Assembly (NCBI GenBank): GCA_038206135.1
Contig: JBBRBD010000002.1
Location: forward strand, 66,896 to 130,895
From: Patescibacteria group bacterium
GTDB taxonomy: Bacteria; Patescibacteriota; Microgenomatia; UBA8517
Length of the DNA: 64,000 nucleotides
Direction of reading: 5' to 3'
In this document: piece after piece, positions 50,819 to 59,849 of the stretch
Numbering within the stretch: position 1 is the first letter of the stretch
How the letters are laid out: the number at the start of each line of letters is the position of its first letter
Translations under genes and position numbers: made by a program
The notes under the pieces: model-generated
The model's database searches: none
What the model saw: the letters and a program-made list of their open reading frames with translations, nothing else
What the model was told of the DNA's origin: nothing

Positions 50819-51202
50819 CGATTGTATAGTTTAGATCTTTTCTAGGATAAGAGAGAAGAGGGAGTTTTAAAATAAATGGTTAAGACATGATCTTAGCCGA
50901 ATATCTTCTTTTGTTTTTTTGTGCATTTTAAGCACTCGTTCGTGTGAAACTAGAACATTTACGTTTTGTTTTTCCAGAAGAAGTCTTGTTAAGACTTTAG
51001 AAGTCCGTTGAAAGGAAAGTCAAAGACCGTCCAGTGTTACGGTTCTGTCACTGATACCTTGAATAATAGGCGTTGCTCTTTGCGACGAATAGTCACTTGA
51101 GAAAGAGCATGCGCCCGTTATTGCTAACGGGAGCTGAAAGGTGCGAGTATGACTTGGGAAAAGTGTATCAAATAACATTCAAAATGTCAAGTTATAGGAT
51201 GT

Positions 51203-53521
51203 TTAAGGAGATGGTGTTGGAGAAATGTTACTTTGAACAACTGGGTATGAAATGTTTGTCTGCGCCATTGGGAACGCACAATCTAAACATACTTTTGTTC
51301 CGAGTGGATCTGTAATTACTAAATGATTTTCTGTTTGTAAATTCTCTGGTGCAATGCCATCAGAAGTAGGAGCGTACAGGTTAGTTGATCGATCGAACGA
51401 TAAGTCTGTTCGAGTTGCGCCATCAGAAGGAACTGTATTGGCTAAATAATATTCATATCTTTGAGGACAGCCGTTACTCGCGTCATTCGGCAAATATCCA
51501 GTGTTTGCGCAAACCATACTTCCAACAATATCATCCGGTTGTTTGGGCCATGCCGGACCTTTGTCGTCTGTTGAATAAAAGCCTTTACCTGCTTTGTCTA
51601 AAACATTTTTCATGACAGAATTCCAAATAGGACTAGCTCCAGAAACACCAGAAACTGCACCACTCATTGCTGAGTTGTCATTGTTTCCCACCCAAACAGC
51701 CACAACTGCATACGGCGTAAATCCAATCGTCCAGTTGTCGCGCCTGTCATTTGTAGTACCTGTTTTGACTGATACTTCAGGGTGACCTGAAACGTTCAAA
51801 TAAGAGGTTGGTCCAAATGCTTCAGTTCGAGCATTGTTGTCTTGCAGCGCATGGCTAATTAAAAATGTTACATTTGGCTCTAAAATGCGCGGTCCGCTTA
51901 ACGGGTCGACATTGTTTTCATACAGGACTTTTCCTTTCCAGTCTTCAACTTTCTTAATTCCGTAGAGCGGTTGTCGAATACCTTCAGTTGCAAAAACGCC
52001 ATAGGCTTGTGCCATATCAAATGGTCGAACTTCGCCTCCACCGAGAGTAAGTGAGAGACCATAGTTTTTAGGGTCTTGAAGTGTCGTGAGTCCCATATCT
52101 CGTGCAAAACTAACGAAGTTTTCAAGACCGTTTAATGCAAGTATTCTCACTGCTGGAATATTAAATGAATTTCCCAGAGCGAATCGTGTTTGTGTCGCAC
52201 CGTGAAATGTACCATCATAATTTACTGGACAATATGGCGCTTGTCCCGTTACTCCAAAACAGGTGGGAATGTCTGCAAGTGGAGTAGAGAGCGTTATTTT
52301 TTTGTCACGCAGTGCGAGCACGTAATTTAATGGTTTTATAGATGATCCAGGTTGCCTATTAGCAAATATAATATTTACTTTGCCATCTTCGTCAGTTGCG
52401 AAATAGTCTTTTGATCCGACCATTGCCAAGATTTCACCAGTTTTTGGGTAGGTCACGATTGCGGCACCGTTTCCAACATGCTGTTTAGTAAGTTTTCCAA
52501 CTTCGCGTGCGACCGCTGCTTCTGCTGATGCTTGTAAGTCTAGATCAAGTGTTGTTGTAACTCTGAGGCCGCCTTGTTCAACAACCGTATCTCCATACAT
52601 AGTCGCAAGCTGATCTTTTATCCAAAGTGAAAAATGAGGAGCAACGAGTACGTTTGGTTTCGCAAAATTTAATTTTTCATTGTATGCATTATCTGATTCA
52701 TCCTGCGTTATATATTTGTCTTCCACCATACGTCTCAGTACCGTTTTTTGTCGCTCTTTTGCGAGTTCCGGGTTTGCTCCAAATGGTGAATACTTAGTAG
52801 GGGATGCAGTGAGACCTGATAGCAGTGCAGATTCAGCTAAATCTAAGTTGTGACTCGATTTTCCAAAATAAAGCTGACTGGCAGATTCAATTCCATATGC
52901 AGTAGAACCATATGGTATTTGATTCAAATAGAGCTCTAATATTTGGTCTTTTGAATAACGAGCTTCAACAAGTACTGACAAGAAAAACTCACGAAGTTTT
53001 CGTCTTACCGTTCGCTCTGGGGTAAGAAGTGCGCTTTTGACTAATTGCTGTGTAAGTGTTGAACCACCTTCAAGTTGCCGCTGGAAAACAGTTTTATATG
53101 CGGCACGCGCAATACCAGTTACTGAAAAACCACCGTGGTTATAAAAGTCCTTGTCTTCAATGGAGATGGTGGACTCTTTTAAGTAGACTGGAACATCTGC
53201 CAGTTTAACGGGAGTTCGCCTTTGGTCCGCATAAATTTCATAAATTAACTTTCCATTTCTATCGAGAAGCTTTGTTGAAACTGCTTGATTTTGAGATAAA
53301 TTGTCGGGAAGGGGAATTCCCCAAAGCACCCAGAAACCAAGTGCAACTGAAGCTATAATAATTAGTATTACCACGAAAATAGTTCTGCGTTTTGTAAATT
53401 TAAATGAGAAACGTCTTACTCTGTTACCATTTTTTATTTCAATACGGGCCGCTGTAGTTGGTGAGGTAGCTGTCACTTTTTTTTGCACCTTTACCTTTCT
53501 GACAGGCACTTTTTTCTTCAT
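51203..53521 (-). CDS. Second PBP1A-family penicillin-binding protein
   Basis: IEDKDFYNHGGFS; PGSSIKP, SFN, KTGTT. Confidence 0.9.
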   Translation of the reverse strand: MKKKVPVRKVKVQKKVTATSPTTAARIEIKNGNRVRRFSFKFTKRRTIFVVILIIIASVALGFWVLWGIPLPDNLSQNQAVSTKLLDRNGKLIYEIYADQRRTPVKLADVPVYLKESTISIEDKDFYNHGGFSVTGIARAAYKTVFQRQLEGGSTLTQQLVKSALLTPERTVRRKLREFFLSVLVEARYSKDQILELYLNQIPYGSTAYGIESASQLYFGKSSHNLDLAESALLSGLTASPTKYSPFGANPELAKERQKTVLRRMVEDKYITQDESDNAYNEKLNFAKPNVLVAPHFSLWIKDQLATMYGDTVVEQGGLRVTTTLDLDLQASAEAAVAREVGKLTKQHVGNGAAIVTYPKTGEILAMVGSKDYFATDEDGKVNIIFANRQPGSSIKPLNYVLALRDKKITLSTPLADIPTCFGVTGQAPYCPVNYDGTFHGATQTRFALGNSFNIPAVRILALNGLENFVSFARDMGLTTLQDPKNYGLSLTLGGGEVRPFDMAQAYGVFATEGIRQPLYGIKKVEDWKGKVLYENNVDPLSGPRILEPNVTFLISHALQDNNARTEAFGPTSYLNVSGHPEVSVKTGTTNDRRDNWTIGFTPYAVVAVWVGNNDNSAMSGAVSGVSGASPIWNSVMKNVLDKAGKGFYSTDDKGPAWPKQPDDIVGSMVCANTGYLPNDASNGCPQRYEYYLANTVPSDGATRTDLSFDRSTNLYAPTSDGIAPENLQTENHLVITDPLGTKVCLDCAFPMAQTNISYPVVQSNISPTPSP

Positions 53522-53564
53522 GTAACAATTATACCGCAGATTCTTGTGTTACACTTGAAACACG

Positions 53565-54050
53565 ATGATAGACCTGACAAAACGCCCTTGGTGGGAATAT
53601 ATCGGCCGTGATTTACAGGAACTCATGCTTCAGAGTTTTGACTTATTACGCGTATCAAATACCTTAGATAGTTATCATGACTACTCTTTTATAGTGTTTC
53701 CAATGAGTAAAGCGTATGAGGGGTTTTTGAAAAAATTGTTTTTAGATATGAACTTTATTGATGAGGCAGAATATTTGGGAACTCGATTTCGTATTGGAAA
53801 AGCTTTAAATCCGAGCCTGGATCCCAAAGCGCGAGATGAACAGTGGGTGTATGGAAAACTTTCGAAATATTGTGGAGGGGAGGACCTCCCAAAACAGTTG
53901 TGGAACGCTTGGCGTGAATGTAGAAACCTCGTATTCCATTGGTTTCCTAAAGATGCACGAGATATTACCAGAGAAGAAGCTGGAGCAAAACTAGAACAGG
54001 TCGTTCTCGCAATAGATTCTGTGTTTAGAGAGTGTAAAATAAAAGTATGA
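53565..54050 (+). CDS. Small all-alpha protein with an RN-x3-H (HEPN-like) motif; candidate HEPN-family RNase
   Basis: 161 aa. WRECRNLVFHW (R120-x4-H125) fits the HEPN Rx4-6H consensus. Its stop overlaps the ATG of the downstream CPBP gene. Confidence 0.45.
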   Translation: MIDLTKRPWWEYIGRDLQELMLQSFDLLRVSNTLDSYHDYSFIVFPMSKAYEGFLKKLFLDMNFIDEAEYLGTRFRIGKALNPSLDPKARDEQWVYGKLSKYCGGEDLPKQLWNAWRECRNLVFHWFPKDARDITREEAGAKLEQVVLAIDSVFRECKIKV

Positions 54051-54703
54051 AGGATTCAAAGATGCGTGCACTCCAGATTAAGCATGTTACGATCTTTTTG
54101 ACATACCTCCTCATTGTTTGGGGTTTTTATCGACTACTTTTCCAATTTCCAGATCCATTCGATGAACTTCTGGTAAAGCCAGTTATTTGGCTTATTCCAG
54201 TTTTTGTACTTCTTCACAAGGAACAGTTAACTTTTGAAAGTTTAGGGATTACCATGAAGAAATTATTTCCTTCAATTTATTTCGCTTTAGCGCTTGGCGC
54301 ACTGTTTGCCTTTGAAGGATTTTATATTAATCTTTTAAAGGGAAGTAGCACCTCTGCTCTTGGAGCAATAACGCCTATCGCTCTTTATTTGTCACTTGGA
54401 TTGTCATTTGTAACGGGTATCTCGGAAGAGATTGCGTTTAGAGGGTATGTTTTTAATCGACTTACTGGAATATTTAAAAATGAATGGACTGCAAATATTG
54501 TCTCTTCGCTTGCATGGACTGCCATACATCTCCCTCAAGTTGTCTTTGATTGGCACTTAAGTCTCTATGCCGGTAGTGTATATCTATTTCTTATATTCAT
54601 ATTCGGCTTTGGGGCAGCGTTCATTTTCTCAAGAACCAAAAATATTATTGCTCCAATTCTTCTTCACGTTATGTGGGCCTGGCCAATTTTGTTGTTTCGT
54701 TAA
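54047..54703 (+). CDS. CPBP family intramembrane glutamic endopeptidase (CAAX protease/Abi family)
   Basis: GISEEIAFRGYVFNRL (EExxxR), WTAIHLPQ (FxxxH), LLHVMWAW. Multiple TM helices. Confidence 0.8.
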   Translation: MKDSKMRALQIKHVTIFLTYLLIVWGFYRLLFQFPDPFDELLVKPVIWLIPVFVLLHKEQLTFESLGITMKKLFPSIYFALALGALFAFEGFYINLLKGSSTSALGAITPIALYLSLGLSFVTGISEEIAFRGYVFNRLTGIFKNEWTANIVSSLAWTAIHLPQVVFDWHLSLYAGSVYLFLIFIFGFGAAFIFSRTKNIIAPILLHVMWAWPILLFR

Positions 54704-54759
54704 TAGTATGGAGATTTGACTTCAGCGTGAGTCACGCACTATAGTAGTGACACTATATT

Positions 54760-55368
54760 ATGGCTTTTCGAATAATTTCTCGAGTTGCCGCAGTTTTTTT
54801 TGCCCTTTTAATTCTTGTAGCTTCCTTAATTGAAACATCTTCGATTAAGTATGCTTTTGGTGCACGTGATCTACAAGATCCTCGACCTTCTCCTCGGGTA
54901 AATGTTCCGTATTCACTACCGCATCCTGGGGAAATTTTACCTGGAAACCCATTTTGGACGGCTAAGGCATTTCAGGACAAAGTATCGCTAGAAATGACTT
55001 CAACGACGCTAGAAAAAGCAAAATTTGAACTTCACTTAAGTGACAAACGACTTTCCGCAGGATGGACTTTATGGCAAGAAGATAGTTCAACAGAGGCAAT
55101 CTCAACTTTTGACAAGGCAGAAAATTATTTATCACTTTCCTATGAAACGCTTTCTCAAAGTGATGATCCAAACAACAATGACTTGTTAAGGAAACTTGCA
55201 TATTCATCCCTTAAACATCGTGAAATACTTGAAAATGTTATGGGGGATTGTGGAGATGATGCACGTCCTACCGTTTCCAAGATGCTTAATACTTCAAAAA
55301 TGACCTTTGACAAAGTGAGTTCCCAAATGGAAAATTTGCATCTGAATCCTCCAGCAAATCCCTTCTGA
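54760..55368 (+). CDS. Secreted or membrane-anchored hypothetical protein
   Basis: N-terminal TM (VAAVFFALLILVASLI). A TTGACT-18-TATAGT promoter with an embedded 6-1-6 palindrome (gcgtga-g-tcacgc) lies at 54716-54745. Confidence 0.5.
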   Translation: MAFRIISRVAAVFFALLILVASLIETSSIKYAFGARDLQDPRPSPRVNVPYSLPHPGEILPGNPFWTAKAFQDKVSLEMTSTTLEKAKFELHLSDKRLSAGWTLWQEDSSTEAISTFDKAENYLSLSYETLSQSDDPNNNDLLRKLAYSSLKHREILENVMGDCGDDARPTVSKMLNTSKMTFDKVSSQMENLHLNPPANPF

Positions 55369-55421
55369 TTCACTTGTGATACGATAATCGAGCTGTTTAT
55401 AACAAAAAGGAGTTTTTTTCT

Positions 55422-55814
55422 ATGGTTCGAATAGGAGATGGAATGTGGTCTCAGTATCGGGCGAGCTGTATATCGACAGCTGCTGTTGGGAAAGAAAACA
55501 TGCCTTACACGGAGATTCATGGAATACTAATGCCGCAGATACCAATTGTGAGAGGCAGCCTTGTTGTCGTATTTCTCACAATAGGAATCGACACTGAAAG
55601 TGATTTTCTGCTTTTTAGCCATTGGGTGCCTGATCCTGTTGCAAGAACATATGACACACAGCCACAAGAGCGTTTACTAAAAGCTCTCGACGATGCGCGG
55701 CGTGGCGTTGTGAATCTATCAATTCCAGCTCTCTATAATTTAAGTTGGCTTTTATCCATATTTAACATTTTGGAATTTGAAATAAAGGAAGGTGCAGGGA
55801 AGCGTCTTGTTTGA
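55422..55814 (+). CDS. Hypothetical protein
   Basis: 130 aa ORF followed by a canonical terminator. Confidence 0.45.
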   Translation: MVRIGDGMWSQYRASCISTAAVGKENMPYTEIHGILMPQIPIVRGSLVVVFLTIGIDTESDFLLFSHWVPDPVARTYDTQPQERLLKALDDARRGVVNLSIPALYNLSWLLSIFNILEFEIKEGAGKRLV

Positions 55815-55825
55815 TATTGGAACGG

Positions 55826-55853
55826 GTGTGGCAAAAAAATTGCCACACTTTTT
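55826..55853 (+). terminator. Rho-independent terminator
   Basis: gtgtggcaa-aaaaa-ttgccacac followed by ttttt. Confidence 0.75.
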
Positions 55854-55860
55854 AGTGCAT

Positions 55861-55971
55861 AAAGGAAACCCCGTACGTAAGTACGGGGATGAATTTTGCC
55901 TCCCTTTGCATGTTGCTTAAGCAACATGAGCCCCAAGGAAACCACGGACGTGAGTCCGTGGAGGTTCCTTT
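55861..55971 (+). other. Cluster of three 8-bp-stem tetraloop hairpins (candidate structured RNA or intergenic repeat)
   Basis: hp1 55869-55888 ccccgtac-GTAA-gtacgggg. hp2 55909-55928 catgttgc-TTAA-gcaacatg. hp3 55942-55961 ccacggac-GTGA-gtccgtgg. hp1 and hp3 share the leader aaggaaacc and differ by paired compensatory changes. hp3 is further closed by aaggaa/ttcctt. Confidence 0.5.
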
Positions 55972-56058
55972 ACCTTTCATACAATGAGGATTTAATTGCA
56001 TTATTTAAAATATAAGCACACAATACACCCCATAAGACATTAAAGGAGGTCTTTCCCG

Positions 56059-56475
56059 ATGACTTTATCGAAAGTGCCACGGGTACTTTTTGTATGTAGG
56101 GGAAACATGGAACGGAGCCAAATGGCTCAAGGGTATTATAACCACATATCGGGCACACAAAATGCAACAAGCGCTGGAGTAATTGATATTTCAGATTGGT
56201 ATCCACGTCCACCAGATTCTACGATTGCAATTATGAAGGACGAAGGTATTGATATTTCCAAACATTTTGTGAAGCAGATCAAGCCTGAAATGCTACTAGG
56301 AATCCATCGAATCTATGTTTTTTGTGAGCCTGAAACTTGCCCCTGGTTTCTCAGATTGAATGCTATTCAAGCGAGATATCATCATATTGATGACCCGTAC
56401 GAGCAGCCATTGCCTGTTGTTATTAAAATCAGGGACACAATTCACGAATTTGTGAATTCACTATTACTTAGCTAA
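56059..56475 (+). CDS. Low-molecular-weight phosphotyrosine phosphatase / ArsC (Trx-type) family protein
   Basis: P-loop VLFVCRGNMERSQMA (CX5R). SD AAGGAGG upstream. Terminator at 56486-56515. Confidence 0.75.
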   Translation: MTLSKVPRVLFVCRGNMERSQMAQGYYNHISGTQNATSAGVIDISDWYPRPPDSTIAIMKDEGIDISKHFVKQIKPEMLLGIHRIYVFCEPETCPWFLRLNAIQARYHHIDDPYEQPLPVVIKIRDTIHEFVNSLLLS

Positions 56476-56485
56476 TACAACGAAA

Positions 56486-56515
56486 CGCCTCAAGTTTTTG
56501 AGGTGTTTTTATTTT
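56486..56515 (+). terminator. Rho-independent terminator
   Basis: cgcctcaa-gttt-ttgaggtg followed by tttttattttt. Confidence 0.65.
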
Positions 56516-56560
56516 TAATAATTTAAAAAAAACCTGTCTTTATACTTCAATTTTGATATG

Positions 56561-56589
56561 TTGACAACACACATATAGTGGCGCATTAT
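56561..56589 (+). promoter_or_regulatory. Sigma70-like promoter of the nrdR-nrdJ operon
   Basis: TTGACA-17 bp-CATTAT. Confidence 0.45.
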
Positions 56590-56628
56590 GAAACTTGCTA
56601 CTGCTGGTAGCGTAAAAATGTTTCATTC

Positions 56629-57075
56629 ATGAAATGTCCGTTCTGTGGAAAAGTTGAAAATGAAGTTTTGGAAAGCAGGGTTATTGAAGAGGGAACCGGT
56701 GTTCGAAGACGAAGACGGTGTGTTTCGTGTAAGAAGCGATTTTCAACGGTTGAGCGAGTCAAAGAAACAACGATTTGGGTTGTAAAGAAAGATGGGAGAA
56801 GAGAACAGTTTAATCGTGAAAAAATTCGTAAAGGAATTATGCGGTCAGTTGAAAAACGACCAATTTCTTTGAGTTTAGTTGAAGACACCGTCAATAGAGT
56901 TGAGCAAGATATTTTGAAAAAACACGAACAGGAAGTTTCTTCGCATTTAATTGGAAGAACCATATTGAAGTATTTAAGAAAAGTTGATAAGGTAGCGTGG
57001 CTTAGGTTTGCGAGCGTTTATTTTCAGTTTGAGGATTTAACAGATTTTGAAAAGTTAATCGAAAAAACAAATTAG
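56629..57075 (+). CDS. nrdR: Transcriptional repressor NrdR
   Basis: MKCPFCG...CVSCKKRF zinc ribbon plus ATP-cone (VVKKDGRREQFNREKI). Confidence 0.9.
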   Translation: MKCPFCGKVENEVLESRVIEEGTGVRRRRRCVSCKKRFSTVERVKETTIWVVKKDGRREQFNREKIRKGIMRSVEKRPISLSLVEDTVNRVEQDILKKHEQEVSSHLIGRTILKYLRKVDKVAWLRFASVYFQFEDLTDFEKLIEKTN

Positions 57076-57079
57076 ATTC

Positions 57080-59590
57080 ATGGCAAAGCAAAACAAACAG
57101 AATAAAGTAACAGGAGTTGATAAGAATACAAACGGAGAATTTATTGACCCACGAAAAAGCAAATTGTTCTATGTTCCCGAAAGCGAAATCTCCTCAAAAA
57201 CAGAGCTTACCGGATTGCAGCAGACAGTCTTCATGGATAGATATTCGCTGAAAGACAAAGATGGAGCTTCAATGGAAACTCATCCAGAACAAATGTGGAT
57301 GCGTGTTGCAAAGGGAATAGCCCAGTTTGAAAAAGAACAAGATCAATCTGAGTGGGAAGAAAAGTTTTATGATGTGATGAGAGACTTTAAGTTTGTGCCT
57401 GGTGGACGCATTTTATCTGGCGCAGGAACTGGGTACGAAGTTACTTTTTTTAACTGCTATGTTATTCCTTCCCCTTCAGACTCGAGAGGTGGAATTATGG
57501 AAAACATTACTCAAACTGTTGAGATTCAGTCTCGTGCGGGTGGTGTCGGGGTGAATTTAAGTTCATTGCGTCCAAGAGGCGCTCGAGTACGAAAAGTAAA
57601 CGGTACTTCAAGTGGGCCAGTCAATTGGGCTTCTCTATATTCGACAGCAAATCATGATGTGATTCAACAGGGTGGAAGCAGGCGAGGAGCTTTAATGCTC
57701 ATGCTAAATGATTGGCACCCAGACATTAAAGAGTTTATCAAAGTAAAAGAAGATCTCACTAAAATTCCAGGTGCAAATTTGTCAGTATGTGTATCTGATG
57801 AATTTATGGACGCTGTTAAAAACGACAAAGATTGGGATCTCGTTTTTCCTGATTTTGCAGCCGAGCCCGATTACGATGATATTTGGGATGGAGACATTGA
57901 TAAATGGCGTGAACTTGGCAAGAAAGTTGTGGTATATGAAACGGTGAAGGCGAAGGATATTTGGGATATGATTGCCGATGCTGCGTGGAGAAGTGCAGAG
58001 CCAGGACTTCACTTTATTACTCGCAGTAACAAACGAAGCAATACTTGGTATTTTGAAAAACTTATTGCAACAAACCCATGCGGTGAGCAACCACTTGGAG
58101 CATGGTCTGTATGTAACTTGGGGGCCATGAATTTAACCGCATATGTAAACAATGCTGAATTCGATTACGAATCCTTGGCTCAGGACGTACAAGTTGCGAT
58201 GCGGTTTATGGATAACGTCTGTGATGCAAATTTCTATTTTTATGAGCAAACATACGAGCGTCAAATGGATATCAGAAGAACTGGTCTTGGTACCATGGGT
58301 CTTGGAGACGCGCTAATTAAAATGGAGATTGCATATGGAAGCGACGAAAGTGTCAAAGTAATCGACAAAATTTATAAAACCATTAGAGACAACGCATATT
58401 TTGCTAGTAGTGAAATTGCAGGTGACAAAGGCAGTTTTAGAAAATATGATAAAGAAAAATATTTAGATGGATATTTTATAAAAAAACTCCCGAAATATAT
58501 TCGAGAAAATATTGCAAAAAAAGGAATTCGCAATGCAGTTCTTTTAACACAGGCGCCAACAGGCACAACTTCACTTTTATCAAATGTAAGTTCTGGAATT
58601 GAGCCAGTTTATAATTTTGAATATAAACGAAAGGATAGAACAGGAGAACACCTTGTGTATCACCCATTATTTGAAGAATGGAAGAAGAATCACCCTGATG
58701 AAAAGAAGCCAGAATATTTTGTATGTGCAATGGATTTATCACCTGAAGAACATTTGAAGGTGCAAGCTAAAGTTCAGGAATATACCGATTCTTCCATCAG
58801 TAAGACGGTGAATGCTCCAAACGATTACACGGCGGACGACGTAAAGCGTTTGTATACCAAGGCGTATGAAATGGGTTGTAAGGGAATTACTTTCTTTAGA
58901 GATGGCAGTAGAGCAGGTGTTTTGGAAAATGTTAAAGAAGAAAAAAAGGCTGAAGAGGGAAACACTGCAGCTTTTGGTGACTACTTAATGGAGAGACCAT
59001 TTATGGTAAAAGGTGCAACTTACAAAATGCATACTCCTGCAGGAAAAGCATTTATCACTATTAATGAAGACGAATCTGGTGAGCCGCTTGAGGTGTTTGT
59101 GAATGTGGGTAAAGCGGGAAGTGATGTTGGTGCTATTGCTGAAGCCATGGGTCGCATGATTTCAACAACTCTTAGGATGCGTGGTGCAGTTTCAGCAAAA
59201 AAGAGAGCACTCGAAATTAGTGAACAGTTGTCTGGAATTGGAGGAAGACGATCTGTCGGTTTTGGTGCAAATAGAATTATGAGTTTGCCGGATGCAATTG
59301 GAATTGCACTTGCCACTCATTATGGATTTCGTCAAAACTCAAATCTTTCAAACGCAAATGGTCACAGCAATGGAATAACAAATGGACATGCGGCAAAGGA
59401 AGCACAAACCTTGTTTTCGAAAGTCTCTGAAACAAATGACATTTCAGGAGGAGGGCTTCAAATGGCACAAGCAGAGCTCCCACTTATGGGGAAACAAAAA
59501 GCAGACCTTTGCCCAGAGTGTGGCGAACACACACTCATTTTTGAGGAAGGTTGCGCGAAGTGTTACACCTGTGGTCACAGTGAGTGTTAA
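57080..59590 (+). CDS. nrdJ: Class II (adenosylcobalamin-dependent) ribonucleotide reductase with C-terminal zinc-finger
   Basis: NPCGEQPL active-site region, B12-RNR architecture. C-terminal CPECGEHTLIFEEGCAKCYTCGHSEC. Confidence 0.85.
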   Translation: MAKQNKQNKVTGVDKNTNGEFIDPRKSKLFYVPESEISSKTELTGLQQTVFMDRYSLKDKDGASMETHPEQMWMRVAKGIAQFEKEQDQSEWEEKFYDVMRDFKFVPGGRILSGAGTGYEVTFFNCYVIPSPSDSRGGIMENITQTVEIQSRAGGVGVNLSSLRPRGARVRKVNGTSSGPVNWASLYSTANHDVIQQGGSRRGALMLMLNDWHPDIKEFIKVKEDLTKIPGANLSVCVSDEFMDAVKNDKDWDLVFPDFAAEPDYDDIWDGDIDKWRELGKKVVVYETVKAKDIWDMIADAAWRSAEPGLHFITRSNKRSNTWYFEKLIATNPCGEQPLGAWSVCNLGAMNLTAYVNNAEFDYESLAQDVQVAMRFMDNVCDANFYFYEQTYERQMDIRRTGLGTMGLGDALIKMEIAYGSDESVKVIDKIYKTIRDNAYFASSEIAGDKGSFRKYDKEKYLDGYFIKKLPKYIRENIAKKGIRNAVLLTQAPTGTTSLLSNVSSGIEPVYNFEYKRKDRTGEHLVYHPLFEEWKKNHPDEKKPEYFVCAMDLSPEEHLKVQAKVQEYTDSSISKTVNAPNDYTADDVKRLYTKAYEMGCKGITFFRDGSRAGVLENVKEEKKAEEGNTAAFGDYLMERPFMVKGATYKMHTPAGKAFITINEDESGEPLEVFVNVGKAGSDVGAIAEAMGRMISTTLRMRGAVSAKKRALEISEQLSGIGGRRSVGFGANRIMSLPDAIGIALATHYGFRQNSNLSNANGHSNGITNGHAAKEAQTLFSKVSETNDISGGGLQMAQAELPLMGKQKADLCPECGEHTLIFEEGCAKCYTCGHSEC

Positions 59591-59615
59591 CTTTTAAAAA
59601 TATAACCTGTGGATG

Positions 59616-59804
59616 TTACTCCACAGGCTTATTACTTAGTACAACTCCAATTAGTAGTAAAAAAATCCCTAAAATCCCTATCAAAACAAAATTGTAATCT
59701 AAAACTTCAGGGTCAACCCCGACATTTACCCAGTACAAGCCTACGGCAAGCATTAGAAATACAACACCAGCTTCGGCAAAAGACTCTGAGAAGAATCGTT
59801 TCAT
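59616..59804 (-). CDS. Small 2-TM membrane protein
   Basis: 62 aa with two hydrophobic helices. Hairpin cctgtgga-tgttac-tccacagg at 59607-59628 followed on the minus strand by a T-rich tract. Confidence 0.4.
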   Translation of the reverse strand: MKRFFSESFAEAGVVFLMLAVGLYWVNVGVDPEVLDYNFVLIGILGIFLLLIGVVLSNKPVE

Positions 59805-59849
59805 TCTTATACTCCTTTAGGCTATTTAAAATATTATATACTGCAGGAA

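Noticed and set aside
50819-51202. tRNA or other small RNA gene in the 384-bp gap
   Set aside because: No GTTCnAnTC T-loop with a flanking 5-bp stem and no acceptor-stem complementarity found by eye. Retained only as a possible structured leader.
51073-51315. 80-aa plus-strand ORF
   Set aside because: Overlaps the PBP1A start on the opposite strand. No SD or motif. Spurious.
55861-55971. CRISPR array
   Set aside because: Units are not identical repeats separated by unique spacers. There are only two homologous hairpins plus an unrelated palindrome, and no cas genes.
56561-56590. NrdR box in the nrdR promoter (acacacatatagtg)
   Set aside because: Only the CAC/GTG arms match. Spacing and phase do not fit the acaCwAtATaTwGtgt consensus. 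Left as unproven.
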